Made by a program: the position numbers and the translations under genes. This document shows positions 44,152 to 54,711 of a stretch of DNA of 64,000 nt, piece by piece. Source of the DNA: a virus (Duplodnaviria; Caudoviricetes); IMG/VR virus record IMGVR_UViG_3300042481_000164, positions 56,767-120,766 of that record; one strand, 5' to 3'. A model generated the notes under the pieces. That model saw only the letters and a program-made list of their open reading frames with translations. It was not told the origin of the DNA and did no database searches. The number at the start of each line of letters is the position of its first letter. Within the stretch, counting starts at the first letter, position 1.

Positions 44152-46359
44152 ATGAGAGAGATATATCAAGACATACCAACATGGGATAACGGTACATGGA
44201 CCACTACTGACTTTAATTCTAGAGAAGAGTTCTATAATTATTTATTGAGCAATGTTTTTAGAGAACCTGGTAAGTATGAGTTTGATGATACTAGTACAAA
44301 GTTATTTACACAAGAATCAACTAAATTTAATAAAGATAAGGTTTACTGTACAGCACCTTTTAAATCAAAAGATTTTATTAAATATTGGGATGACCAAAAA
44401 GCAAAATGTAGAAGAGGACTTTTAATTAAAGAAAATGGTAAGGCCTGGTATATGACCAGAGATTACTACATGTGGTTAAATTTCTTACCTATCTTTAATA
44501 AAGAGATTCAAAAGTTTGGTTTTGCTGATATCAGGGATGCACAGTATCATATGGCACTATATGAGATACTAGCGGAACTAAATTATAAACATGTTGCAAT
44601 TCTTAAAAAAAGACAGATAGCCTCTTCTTATTATCACATGGCAAAGCTTGTTAATCAACAATGGTTTGAAGAAGGGGTTACTTTAAAAATTGGTGCCAGT
44701 CTTAAAGACTACATAAATGAAAAAGGTTCTTGGAAATTTTTACAAGAATATGCAGCTTTCCTTAATGAGCATACAGCATGGTATAGACCTATGTCTCCAG
44801 ACAAGGTTATGATGTGGCAACAGAAAATTGAGGTAAGAAGAGGTGATAGAAAAACAGAAGTTGGTCTTAAAGGTACTATCCAAGGTATGTCATTTGAGAA
44901 AGATCCAACAAATGGTGTAGGGGGTCCGGTAAAATACTTCTTTCATGAGGAGGCCGGGATTGCTCCTAAGATGGATCAAACATATGAGTATATGAGACCT
45001 GCAATGAGATCAGGTTTAATTACAACAGGTATGTTTATTGCAGCGGGATCTGTGGGGGATTTGTCACAATGTGAACCATTGAGAAAAATGATATCTGACC
45101 CAGTAGCTAATGATATCTACGTAGTAGAAACAGATCTGATAGATGATAAAGGTACTATAGGTGTGTCAGGTTTATTTATACCTGAACAGTGGTCTATGCC
45201 TCCATATATTGATAACTTTGGAAACTCAAAAGTAGAAGAAGCACTACAAGCTTTAGATGATCAGTTTGAAGCATGGAAAAAAGAATTAGATCCTGAGACA
45301 TACCAGTTAAGGATTTCTCAGCACCCAAGAAATATCAAGGAAGCATTTGACCATAGAACGGTATCTAAGTTTCCCACACACCTTCTTACAGCACAACAAA
45401 GAAGAATAGAAGATAAAGAATACGGACCAGAGTATCTAGATATATTGACAGATGCTGATGGTAAAATGAGGTTAGAACATTCTAACAGAAGACCTATTAG
45501 TGAATTTCCTGTATCAAAGAAAACAGAAGATAAAACTGGTGTACTTGTAGTATGGGAGAGACCAATAGAAAATCCTACATTTGGAATGTACTATGCATCT
45601 ATTGACCCCGTAGCGGAAGGTAAAACAACAACATCAGAATCATTATGTTCTATCTATGTAATGAAAGCTCCTGTTGAAGTTACTAAAGTTACAGGTATTG
45701 AAACAGAAACATATATTGAACCAGATAAAATTGTAGCAGCTTGGTGTGGTAGGTATGATGATATAAACAAAACACATAGAATGTTAGAGCACATTATTGA
45801 GATGTATAATGCATGGACAATAATAGAGAATAACATTTCATTGTTTATCCAATACATGATATCTAGAAAGAAGCAGAAGTATCTTGTACCTAAAAGCCAG
45901 ATTATGTTTTTAAAGGATTTAGGATCCAATAACAATGTATTCCAGGAGTATGGTTGGAAGAATACAGGTACTTTGTTCAAGTCACATTTATTAAGTTATG
46001 CTATTGAGTATACCAAAGAAGAATTGGATCAGGAATTAAAGCCTGATGGCACTGTAGTAAGAACAAAATATGGTATTGAAAGAATACCGGATATTATGCT
46101 TATCAAAGAAATGTTTGCTTATTCTGATGGTGTCAACGTGGATAGACTTGTAGCATTTTGTGCTTTAGTTGCTTTTATGAAAATTCAGCAGTCTAATAGA
46201 GGGTTTACCAAGCGGGTAATCAAGGATGAAGCAGCCAAAAACTTGGATAATTCAAAAAATTTGTATAAATTAAATAGTAGTCCTTTCCGTCATATGGGGA
46301 AGACTGGTAACCACTTAGGAGGTAAAATAAGCAGATCTCCTTTTAAAAATATAAAATAA
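44152..46359 (+). CDS. terL: terminase large subunit
   Basis: LKKRQIASS (Walker A variant), FFHEEAG (Walker B), ASIDPV, IENN, D.RL nuclease motifs. Confidence 0.88.
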   Translation: MREIYQDIPTWDNGTWTTTDFNSREEFYNYLLSNVFREPGKYEFDDTSTKLFTQESTKFNKDKVYCTAPFKSKDFIKYWDDQKAKCRRGLLIKENGKAWYMTRDYYMWLNFLPIFNKEIQKFGFADIRDAQYHMALYEILAELNYKHVAILKKRQIASSYYHMAKLVNQQWFEEGVTLKIGASLKDYINEKGSWKFLQEYAAFLNEHTAWYRPMSPDKVMMWQQKIEVRRGDRKTEVGLKGTIQGMSFEKDPTNGVGGPVKYFFHEEAGIAPKMDQTYEYMRPAMRSGLITTGMFIAAGSVGDLSQCEPLRKMISDPVANDIYVVETDLIDDKGTIGVSGLFIPEQWSMPPYIDNFGNSKVEEALQALDDQFEAWKKELDPETYQLRISQHPRNIKEAFDHRTVSKFPTHLLTAQQRRIEDKEYGPEYLDILTDADGKMRLEHSNRRPISEFPVSKKTEDKTGVLVVWERPIENPTFGMYYASIDPVAEGKTTTSESLCSIYVMKAPVEVTKVTGIETETYIEPDKIVAAWCGRYDDINKTHRMLEHIIEMYNAWTIIENNISLFIQYMISRKKQKYLVPKSQIMFLKDLGSNNNVFQEYGWKNTGTLFKSHLLSYAIEYTKEELDQELKPDGTVVRTKYGIERIPDIMLIKEMFAYSDGVNVDRLVAFCALVAFMKIQQSNRGFTKRVIKDEAAKNLDNSKNLYKLNSSPFRHMGKTGNHLGGKISRSPFKNIK

Positions 46360-46360
46360 C

Positions 46361-49090
46361 ATGCAAGTATATAACGCATTACAGTTAAAAAAAGGAGCAA
46401 AGGCATCTCATAATAGAATGGGTAGTATTACCCAACCTTTGCAATTTGTTCCTAAAAAGGAAAAAGATGAAGAGTGGGCAGCTTGGAATCTTGACTGGTT
46501 AGAGTGGAATGGGTTAAAACAAATCCGCAGAAATGCACGGAGGCTGATGAAAAACTATAAGCTTGCTAAAGGTATTATAGACAAGTCAGATTACATAGTT
46601 GAAGAAAACAATGAAATGAAAGAAATTGTTGATGTATTAACTAGAGAAGACTGGTCAGCTTTAGAATTAAAGTTTTATCCAATCATTCCAAATGTTATTA
46701 ATGTTCTTGTAGCAGAATTTGCTAAAAGGTCTACTAAACTTACTTACAGAGCTGTGGATGAATTCTCATACAATGAGATGATGGAGCAAAAGAGAAAGAT
46801 GGTAGAAGATACATTAATGGAAAATGCAAGAGTTAAAATTCAAGCTGCATTAATGGAACAAGGCTTAGATCCTGAATCACCAGAAGCACAACAACAATTA
46901 AATCCAGAAAGTCTTAAATCATTACCAGAAATAGAAAACTTCTTTAAGAAGGATTATAGATCAATGGTAGAACAGTGGGCTTCTCACCAACATAAAGTGG
47001 ATGTTGAAAGATTCCGCATGGAGGAGCTTGAAGATAGAGGGTTTAGAGATATGCTTATTACAGATAGAGAGTTCTGGCACTTTAGAATGATGGAAGATGA
47101 TTATGAAGTAGAATTATGGAATCCTCCTGTAACTTTTTATCACAAGTCTCCGGATGCAAGATATATATCTCAAGGTAACTGGGTAGGTAAAGTAGATATG
47201 ATGACTGTAGCGGATGTAATTGATAAGTATGGTTACTTGCTTACAGAAGAACAACATGAAGCATTAGAAGCTATTTATCCAATCAGATCTGCAGGTTATG
47301 CAATAGGTGGTCAAAATGATGGTACTTTCTATGATGCTACCAAGTCTCATGAATGGAATACTAACATGCCTTCATTAGCATACAGACAGTACACTACAAT
47401 GATGGCTGGTTCTGTATATGATGGTGGTGATATAGTTAATCAAATCCTTTCTGAAGGTGAAGATTACTATGATCAAGGTACAGCATATTTGTTAAGAGTT
47501 ACAAGTTGTTATTGGAAGTCTCAGAGAAAAGTTGGTCACTTAACTAAAATAAAAGATAATGGTGAAGTTATTAATGAAATCATTACTGAAGATTATAAAG
47601 TAACTGATAATCCAATTTATGATACAAGATTGTTTAAGAATAAAACTAAAGAGAATCTTGTATATGGAGAACATATTGACTGGATCTGGATCAATGAAGT
47701 TTGGGGTGGTGTAAAAATTGGTCCTAATATTCCTTCATTCTGGGGTATGAACAATCCTGGTGGTTTTTCTCCAATCTACATTGGTATAGATAAGAACCAT
47801 ATTGGTCCTTTAAAGTTCCAATTTAAAGGTGACAGTAGTTTATATGGATGTAAGCTTCCTGTAGAAGGAGCTGTGTTCTCAGATAGAAATACTAAGTCAA
47901 CATCTTTGTTAGACTTAATGAAGCCATACCAGATTGGGTATAACATAGTAAATAACCAAATAGCTGATATACTAGTTGATGAGTTAGGTACTGTGATATT
48001 ACTTGATCAAAATGCATTACCAAGACATTCCGCGGGTGAAGACTGGGGGAAAAATAACTTAGCAAAAGCTTATGTTGCTATGAAAAATTTCCAGATGTTA
48101 CCATTAGACACATCTATTACCAATACAGAAAACCCACTAAGTTTCCAACACTTCCAAAAATTAGACCTTGAACAAACAAACAGGTTAATGTCAAGGATTA
48201 AATTAGCAGAACACTTTAAGCAACAAGCTTATGATGTGATTGGTATTAATCCACAAAGAATGGGTCAACAGTTGTCACAAATGACTGCTACTGGAGTTGA
48301 GCAAGCTGCATCAGCATCTTATGCACAAACAGAAGTATTCTTTATTCAACACTGTGATTATCTAATGCCACGGGTTCATACAATGAGAACTGATCTTGCT
48401 CAGTACTATCACTCAACAAAACCGTCAGCAAGGCTTTCCTACATGACAACCAATGATGAGAATGTAAACTTCCAAATAAATGGAACTGACTTATTGATGA
48501 GAGATCTTAATATATTCTGTAGTACAACAGCAAATCATAGAGCTGTGTTAGAGCAATTGAAACAAATGGCTATGACAAATAATACTACAGGTGCTACTAT
48601 TTATGATTTAGGAAAACTTGTGCAAGCAGATACAATATCTGAAGTTAATAATACTCTTAAAGCTGCTGAAGAAAAACAACAAAAACAAAAACAAGAAGAA
48701 CAACAGCAACAACAACAAATGCAACAGCAACAAATTGAGTCTCAAGAAAAACAAAAGAAAATGGAGATTGATGCTCAAGAGATGAGAGATGAGAAGAATA
48801 GACAAAGAGATATTCTTGTTGCTGAAATTAGAGCTGCTGGTATGGGATCTATGGTAGATTTAAATGAAAATCAACAATCTGACTACTTAGATGCTATGAA
48901 GGATATCAAAAATTCTGAACAGTTTCAAGATCAAATGAATCTTCAGAGAGAAAAAGAAACTAACAGGATGAATAATGATTCTACTAAAGCTCAGATTGAA
49001 AGAGAAAAGATACAAGCTCAAAAAGAAATTGCTAACAAACAATTAGAAATTGCTAGAGAAAATAAAAATAAATTTGATAGAAAAGACTAG
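46361..49090 (+). CDS. portal protein (crAss-like)
   Basis: 909 aa after terL; YPIIPNVINVL, S..DLMKPYQ..YN, Q-rich coiled-coil tail. Confidence 0.85.
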   Translation: MQVYNALQLKKGAKASHNRMGSITQPLQFVPKKEKDEEWAAWNLDWLEWNGLKQIRRNARRLMKNYKLAKGIIDKSDYIVEENNEMKEIVDVLTREDWSALELKFYPIIPNVINVLVAEFAKRSTKLTYRAVDEFSYNEMMEQKRKMVEDTLMENARVKIQAALMEQGLDPESPEAQQQLNPESLKSLPEIENFFKKDYRSMVEQWASHQHKVDVERFRMEELEDRGFRDMLITDREFWHFRMMEDDYEVELWNPPVTFYHKSPDARYISQGNWVGKVDMMTVADVIDKYGYLLTEEQHEALEAIYPIRSAGYAIGGQNDGTFYDATKSHEWNTNMPSLAYRQYTTMMAGSVYDGGDIVNQILSEGEDYYDQGTAYLLRVTSCYWKSQRKVGHLTKIKDNGEVINEIITEDYKVTDNPIYDTRLFKNKTKENLVYGEHIDWIWINEVWGGVKIGPNIPSFWGMNNPGGFSPIYIGIDKNHIGPLKFQFKGDSSLYGCKLPVEGAVFSDRNTKSTSLLDLMKPYQIGYNIVNNQIADILVDELGTVILLDQNALPRHSAGEDWGKNNLAKAYVAMKNFQMLPLDTSITNTENPLSFQHFQKLDLEQTNRLMSRIKLAEHFKQQAYDVIGINPQRMGQQLSQMTATGVEQAASASYAQTEVFFIQHCDYLMPRVHTMRTDLAQYYHSTKPSARLSYMTTNDENVNFQINGTDLLMRDLNIFCSTTANHRAVLEQLKQMAMTNNTTGATIYDLGKLVQADTISEVNNTLKAAEEKQQKQKQEEQQQQQQMQQQQIESQEKQKKMEIDAQEMRDEKNRQRDILVAEIRAAGMGSMVDLNENQQSDYLDAMKDIKNSEQFQDQMNLQREKETNRMNNDSTKAQIEREKIQAQKEIANKQLEIARENKNKFDRKD

Positions 49091-49180
49091 TCTTAGCTAT
49101 ATAATGCAGAAAATGTTTTTTTGACTTTTAAATTTATCAAGTTTATTTATTATATTAAATTATAAACCAAAACCAACAAC

Positions 49181-50455
49181 ATGAGTAAAGATGCAACTAA
49201 TCTTGAAGATCAAATTCAAGATTCTACAACGGTAGAACAAGTTGATGTAAACATTGATGAATTATTTGGTAATCCTGGTGCAGCAAACATCATGACACCA
49301 GAAGATGGTAAGACAGCTGAAGAAAGTAAGCCTAAGACCATGTTCTCCAAAGAAAACATTGACACTACGTTCCTTGACAACCCAATTGCTACCCCGCAAG
49401 AAAAAGCACAGGCAGCAGAAGACAAAGCAGAAGTTGAAGAAACTATTGCTGAGTTAGACAGTTTAATTTCTCAAGAAGAAACTGCTGGAACAAAAGGAAG
49501 ACCTAAAGTAGATAAAGAAGGTCTTTATGATTTAGCACAAAAAATGATTGAGGAAGGTACTCTAATTCCTTTTGATGATGACAAACCTTTAGAAGAGTAT
49601 AGCACTAAAGATTTTAGAGAATTATTTGAAGCTAACTTTCAAGAAAGAGAGAATTCTATAAAAGAAAATGTTCCTAAAGAATTCTTTAATGCTCTTCCAG
49701 AAGAACTTCAAATTGCTGCTAAATATGTAGCGGATGGTGGACAAGATTTAAAGGGTCTTTTTAGAACTCTTGCTCATGTAGAAGAAATCATTGATTTAGA
49801 TCCTTCTAATGAGGTTGACCAAGAAGAAATTGCTAGACAATATCTTTGGGCTACTAACTTTGGAACTGCTGAAGAAATTGAATCAGAAATCCAAGATTGG
49901 GCTGACATGAATAAGCTTGAGCAAAAAGCTAATCAGTTTAAGCCTAAGTTAGATAGAATGCAAGAAGAAATTGTTGCAAGACAATTGGCAGAACAAGAGC
50001 ACAAAAAGCAACAACAACAAAAACAAGCTAAAGCTTATACTGACAGTGTATATAATACACTTGCAGCTGGTGAACTTGGAGGACTTAAATTGGATAAGAA
50101 AGTACAAAGCTTACTTTATTCTGGATTAGTTCAACCTAACTACCCATCTATATCAGGTAAGAATACAAACTTGTTAGGACACTTGTTAGAGAAGTATCAG
50201 TTTGTTGAGCCTAACCATGGGTTAATTGCTGAAGCACTTTGGTTACTGCAAGATCCAGAAGGATACAGAAACAGAGTAAAAGAACAAGGTTCTAAAGCTG
50301 CTGTAGAAAAAACAGTAAGAAGCTTGAAAACTGAAGAGTCTAGAAAATTATCTAGTTCTTCAACTAACACAGGTGCTGGTGAAGATAGACAATCTTCTAA
50401 ACCACAAAAAACAATACAGCGTCAGAATACTAACATTTTCAGACGTACATTTTAA
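49181..50455 (+). CDS. acidic scaffold-like protein
   Basis: Acidic helical protein between portal and MCP. Confidence 0.65.
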   Translation: MSKDATNLEDQIQDSTTVEQVDVNIDELFGNPGAANIMTPEDGKTAEESKPKTMFSKENIDTTFLDNPIATPQEKAQAAEDKAEVEETIAELDSLISQEETAGTKGRPKVDKEGLYDLAQKMIEEGTLIPFDDDKPLEEYSTKDFRELFEANFQERENSIKENVPKEFFNALPEELQIAAKYVADGGQDLKGLFRTLAHVEEIIDLDPSNEVDQEEIARQYLWATNFGTAEEIESEIQDWADMNKLEQKANQFKPKLDRMQEEIVARQLAEQEHKKQQQQKQAKAYTDSVYNTLAAGELGGLKLDKKVQSLLYSGLVQPNYPSISGKNTNLLGHLLEKYQFVEPNHGLIAEALWLLQDPEGYRNRVKEQGSKAAVEKTVRSLKTEESRKLSSSSTNTGAGEDRQSSKPQKTIQRQNTNIFRRTF

Positions 50456-50482
50456 TTAGTAACTAATAAATAAAATAAATAA

Positions 50483-52102
50483 ATGGCAACTCCAGTTTTA
50501 AACAATGGTATATTCCTGCGTGACACTGCATACAATGCTAGTTCACATGTGGATTCTTACCACTTAGTAAACATGTTGAAAGATGCTCAACCAATGGATT
50601 TAGGTCCGGTTGACTTATGGGCTATGGCTCAAAAAGTAGAAATGCCTTTGTACCAGATGTCTTCTTTCGGTGGAAAGAATGTAATCATGGTAGACAATGC
50701 AAGAGGTGAGTATAGATGGCAGACTCCTGTATCTATTGATCTTCCATACATTGTTGAAGACATTGAACCAAACAATAACTTCAAAGGTATTGAGGGATCA
50801 ACTTTCAGAGTAAAATTAAACAGACGTGAGTTTGGACATGGTGATATCTTCACATATGACAAATACAACGGTGTTGAACTTTATGTTACTGCTGAAGATA
50901 TCTTACCTGTAGGTGATGGATTTATCTATACTGTACAGTTAGTAAACAATGATAACTTCAAGTATTTAGATGACAAGTACTTATCAAATGGTACTAAAGT
51001 TTTCCGTAAAGGTTCTGCTCGTGGTGAGTATGGTGAGAGATTCTCTGACATCCAAACTAGAGCTGGTTTCCGTGAATTCTACAACTTTGTAGGAGGTGCT
51101 GAAGCTCATGTTCATTATTCTATCTCTTCTAGAGCAGACTTGATGATCAAAGGTGGTATGAATGCAGATGGTACAGTTCCTGTAACTGAGATCTGGAGAA
51201 CATTTGATACTAACTTAAATGATCCATCAATTGCTAACCTAGATGATATGGTTAAGAAATTAGGTAAAGACAAAGTTAAAAAAGCTTTTGACAATGGTGA
51301 TTTATCTAGAACTTTCTTGACTACAATGGAATCTGCTCACTTATCTAAGATTGCTCAAGATATTGAGACATACTTAATGTGGGGACAAGGTGGTAGAGTT
51401 AAACAAGATGGTCCAGATGATTTAAGATTGTCAGTGGGTCTTTGGAAACAGTTAGATAACTCTTTCAAAAGAATCTACAACAAAAACAACTTTACATTGG
51501 ATTTATTCCGTGGAGAGATCTACAACTTCTTCAATGGTAAGGTTGAATTCCAAGGTCCAGATCCAAAACGCTCATTGGTTGTACAAACTGGTATGGGTGG
51601 TATGAGAATGGTTAATGAGGCTATCAAACGTGAAGCAGTATCTTCAGGTTTATTGATCCAGGCTGCTGATATCGGTGCTATCACTGGTAAAGGTATGGAC
51701 TTGAACTTTGGATTTGCATACACTTCATATGTGATCCCATTCTTGGCAAATGTTAAGTTTGTATTGAACCCAGCATTTGACAACGTTCATACTAATGATA
51801 TTGAGAACCCAATCATTGATGGTTTCCCATTATCTTCTTACTCATTCATTATCTTTGATATCACAGATAATACTAATGACAACATTTACTTGTTGAAATT
51901 ATCTTGGGATAACCAATTGAAATGGTGGTACCAAAATGGTACTATGGATTACATGGGAAGAACTCAAGGGTTCCAATCTTCAGGTCAGTTCAATGGATAC
52001 CGTGTAATGATGTCTCAAACAATGCCTGCTATTTGGGTTAAAGATCCAACTAAAGTATTGAAAATTGTTATGAGAAACCCAATCACTGGTGGATCATTCT
52101 AA
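50483..52102 (+). CDS. major capsid protein (crAss-like)
   Basis: 539 aa, optimised codon usage, position, strong terminator after it. Confidence 0.85.
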   Translation: MATPVLNNGIFLRDTAYNASSHVDSYHLVNMLKDAQPMDLGPVDLWAMAQKVEMPLYQMSSFGGKNVIMVDNARGEYRWQTPVSIDLPYIVEDIEPNNNFKGIEGSTFRVKLNRREFGHGDIFTYDKYNGVELYVTAEDILPVGDGFIYTVQLVNNDNFKYLDDKYLSNGTKVFRKGSARGEYGERFSDIQTRAGFREFYNFVGGAEAHVHYSISSRADLMIKGGMNADGTVPVTEIWRTFDTNLNDPSIANLDDMVKKLGKDKVKKAFDNGDLSRTFLTTMESAHLSKIAQDIETYLMWGQGGRVKQDGPDDLRLSVGLWKQLDNSFKRIYNKNNFTLDLFRGEIYNFFNGKVEFQGPDPKRSLVVQTGMGGMRMVNEAIKREAVSSGLLIQAADIGAITGKGMDLNFGFAYTSYVIPFLANVKFVLNPAFDNVHTNDIENPIIDGFPLSSYSFIIFDITDNTNDNIYLLKLSWDNQLKWWYQNGTMDYMGRTQGFQSSGQFNGYRVMMSQTMPAIWVKDPTKVLKIVMRNPITGGSF

Positions 52103-52114
52103 AAAATACCTATG

Positions 52115-52150
52115 ATAGGTAGAGGACTAGTTTCCTCTACCTATTTTTTT
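52115..52150 (+). terminator. intrinsic terminator
   Basis: ATAGGTAGAGGA-ctagtt-TCCTCTACCTAT plus T run. Confidence 0.8.
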
Positions 52151-52184
52151 GCTTAATTTTACAAAAACCAAAACCAACAAAACA

Positions 52185-53201
52185 ATGGAAAATTTCACAA
52201 TGGTAGAAACCGGAAAAGGTTCTATTAAAAAAACAGCTATTGCTGTAAGACCGTACTTTGACAGTTCTGCTTCTAACATGGGTTTAGAAGATTACGGAAT
52301 GAGTTTATTTGATGGAGTAACACACAATGAGCAATTAGCTTGTTTAGACAACAATGGTGTTGTAAGATATGTTACTGGATTAAATGAGTTTGCTCCGGAA
52401 ATCAAACTACTTCCTACAGAAGAAAAAGAAGCTAGAGTAAGAGAGATAAGATTAGCAGTTGCAGAATTAGAGCAAGAGTTAGCTGCAAATGTTATTGAGA
52501 TTGATGATAAAGAATTCTGGAATAAGGTTGTGTTGTTAAAACCAAACAACTCAGAATTTTGGAATAAAATTTCTGTATCATGTGGGAATGAACCATTATT
52601 CTTGGATCCTAAAGACCCATATGATAGAATTAAACTTTATGCTATTGAAGCTGGTGGATTCTCACTGATTTCAAAAAGTTTAGAAGATGCAAGAGCTAAA
52701 GCTGTTGCTCCTAAGTTTTACTTAGATAAAGAAGAAGAAACTGTAATGGTTAGAACTGAGTACAAAAAATTACGTAACAAGGCTCTATCTGAATTACAAA
52801 AATTATTTGACAAAAACAGTACTAAGTTATTCTACATTGCAAAAGTTGTAGATATCAATAGTACACAATATAGAAAGTCTACACCAAATGATGTCATCTA
52901 TGAAAACATGGATAATTACATTGCTGGTTTAGCTGGTGAGACAAACAAAGAAAGAGCTGCTAAAACCTTTATGGAGACAGCAAATATGGATATGGAAACA
53001 CTAAAAATTAAATCAATTGTTAGAGATTCCGTATTTTTTAAGTATATTGTTAGTAAGGCAGATGGTTATATCTATCACACAAAAACTAACGCTTTGTTAG
53101 GAAGGAATGTGTCTGATGTAGTTGAGCACTTGAAGAACCCTTTAAATGAGGACATCTTAAAAGACTTGAATGCTGCTTGTGAAAAGTATTGGAACTCTTA
53201 A
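52185..53201 (+). CDS. conserved crAss-like protein downstream of the MCP
   Basis: FWNK...LDPKDPYD.IK pattern; synteny. Confidence 0.65.
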   Translation: MENFTMVETGKGSIKKTAIAVRPYFDSSASNMGLEDYGMSLFDGVTHNEQLACLDNNGVVRYVTGLNEFAPEIKLLPTEEKEARVREIRLAVAELEQELAANVIEIDDKEFWNKVVLLKPNNSEFWNKISVSCGNEPLFLDPKDPYDRIKLYAIEAGGFSLISKSLEDARAKAVAPKFYLDKEEETVMVRTEYKKLRNKALSELQKLFDKNSTKLFYIAKVVDINSTQYRKSTPNDVIYENMDNYIAGLAGETNKERAAKTFMETANMDMETLKIKSIVRDSVFFKYIVSKADGYIYHTKTNALLGRNVSDVVEHLKNPLNEDILKDLNAACEKYWNS

Positions 53202-53214
53202 TTTAAAAAATAAA

Positions 53215-53394
53215 ATGGCAAATTACACAACTGGGAAAATGAATAACCCAAATGCAAAAGTTACAGCTTCTAAAGTTGCTGGATCTAAAGGTGTTAAATC
53301 AGGAGTTAATCCTAAAGCATCTGCACAAAAAGTAGCTAAAGGTAAAGTAGGTGGAATTAGTAAAGCACCAAAAACAGCATCTCCTTCTAAATAA
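53215..53394 (+). CDS. small Lys-rich protein
   Basis: Start MANYTTGK; hairpin terminator overlaps the stop. Confidence 0.6.
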   Translation: MANYTTGKMNNPNAKVTASKVAGSKGVKSGVNPKASAQKVAKGKVGGISKAPKTASPSK

Positions 53395-53422
53395 GGAGGT
53401 GCTTATTTTAAATTAATATATT

Positions 53423-53665
53423 ATGGAAGAGAAAGTAAAAAAACCTAGAGTTTCAAGAAAGAAAGTAAATCCTGAAACTGAAGTAGTTGTTGAAGCAACC
53501 GCTCCTGTAATTGAACAAGAAACAATTACACCTACTGAACAACCAGAGTTGTTTGTTGAAAAAGAAGTAATTACTGAACCTGCTCAAACTATTGAAGATT
53601 CTTCATTGATTGATAAAGTTAAAGTTGCAGGTACAAGATTTATTCAAACAATCTTTAAAAGATAA
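53423..53665 (+). CDS. small hypothetical protein
   Basis: ORF track. Confidence 0.6.
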   Translation: MEEKVKKPRVSRKKVNPETEVVVEATAPVIEQETITPTEQPELFVEKEVITEPAQTIEDSSLIDKVKVAGTRFIQTIFKR

Positions 53666-53670
53666 TAGTC

Positions 53671-53892
53671 ATGGCAGCAAAAAAAGTATCAGCATTAAAA
53701 GTTACACCTTCCAAAGAAATGGATAAGTGGGAAATTGAATCTGCTTTGTCTACTTTAAGGAGGGCTGATGAAATTAGAAAAAACCCTTCAATGATGACTA
53801 AAGTTAAGTCATTAGCACAAGAGCAAATTAAAGCTCTAGGAGGTGTTGTTGGAGGAACTGCTAAACCAGTTAGAACTTTGAAAAGAAAATAA
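53671..53892 (+). CDS. small basic protein
   Basis: WEIESALSTLRRADEIRKNP. Confidence 0.65.
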   Translation: MAAKKVSALKVTPSKEMDKWEIESALSTLRRADEIRKNPSMMTKVKSLAQEQIKALGGVVGGTAKPVRTLKRK

Positions 53893-54044
53893 TGGCAAAG
53901 CAAATGCTAAAAAGAAAAGACGGTAGTGTTTCCCAGAGAGGTCTCTGGGATAACATCCGTGATGCTAAAGGTTCTGGAAAGAAACCTACAGCAGCAATGT
54001 TGAAACAAGAGAAAAAGATTAAAGCAACAACAAAAAAGAAGTAA
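53892..54044 (+). CDS. small basic protein (50 aa)
   Basis: Hand translation MAKQMLKRKDGSVSQRGLWDNIRDAKGSGKKPT... Confidence 0.6.
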   Translation: MAKQMLKRKDGSVSQRGLWDNIRDAKGSGKKPTAAMLKQEKKIKATTKKK

Positions 54045-54046
54045 TC

Positions 54047-54292
54047 ATGGCAAAGTCACCAGCATGGCAAAGAAAAGAAGGTAAGTCACCGTCTGGCGGA
54101 CTTAATGCAAAGGGAAGAGCTTCTCTTAAAGCAGCAGGTCATGATATCAAAGCTCCACAACCTGAAGGTGGACCAAGAAAGAAAAGCTTTTGTGCAAGGA
54201 TGGAAGGTCACAAAAAAAAGAATACATCAGCTAAAACAGCTAATGATCCGAATAGTAGAATAAATAAGGCACTTAGAAAGTGGAAGTGTTAA
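54047..54292 (+). CDS. small basic phage protein (DUF6321-like)
   Basis: AWQRKEGK.PSGGLNAKGRAS...RKKSFCARM...DPNSRINKALRKWKC. Confidence 0.75.
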   Translation: MAKSPAWQRKEGKSPSGGLNAKGRASLKAAGHDIKAPQPEGGPRKKSFCARMEGHKKKNTSAKTANDPNSRINKALRKWKC

Positions 54293-54699
54293 ATAAAATA
54301 TGTACAAAATGTAAAGTAAATAAACCTTTATCTGTTGAATACTTTCCTTTACATAATAAAACTAAATCAGGATTTGATAGTTGGTGTAAATCTTGTAGAG
54401 CAAACTATAAAAGTGAAACAAGAAGAGGTCATTATAGAAATATGATTTCTGATGAAGCTTTAAAAGATATTATTGAAACTGTAAAAGAATGTGTAATTTG
54501 TGGTTCAGAAGAAAACTTAGTTGTTGATCATTGTCACAAAACAAATATTATAAGAGGTATGCTATGTAATCATTGTAATAGAGGTCTAGGTCATTTTAAA
54601 GATGATCCGCAACTTTTAGAATTTGCAAGGATTTATTTGTTATCTTATAGTAATGATGTTTCTGAAGCAGAATTGTATTTGAAAAAATGGAAATGTTAA
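54280..54699 (+). CDS. endonuclease VII-family (HNH) free-standing homing endonuclease
   Basis: CTKC...CKSC zinc finger; CVIC...LVVDHCH...IRGMLCNHCNRGLG.FKDDP. Confidence 0.85.
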   Translation: MEVLNKICTKCKVNKPLSVEYFPLHNKTKSGFDSWCKSCRANYKSETRRGHYRNMISDEALKDIIETVKECVICGSEENLVVDHCHKTNIIRGMLCNHCNRGLGHFKDDPQLLEFARIYLLSYSNDVSEAELYLKKWKC

Positions 54700-54711
54700 A
54701 TTTTATATAAA

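Noticed and set aside
48670-48740. CAA/CAG repeat tract
   Set aside because: Encodes the ordinary Gln-rich coiled-coil tail of the portal.
44152-52102. Introns or inteins in terminase, portal or MCP
   Set aside because: The ORFs are uninterrupted, of expected size, and show no intein or LAGLIDADG motifs.
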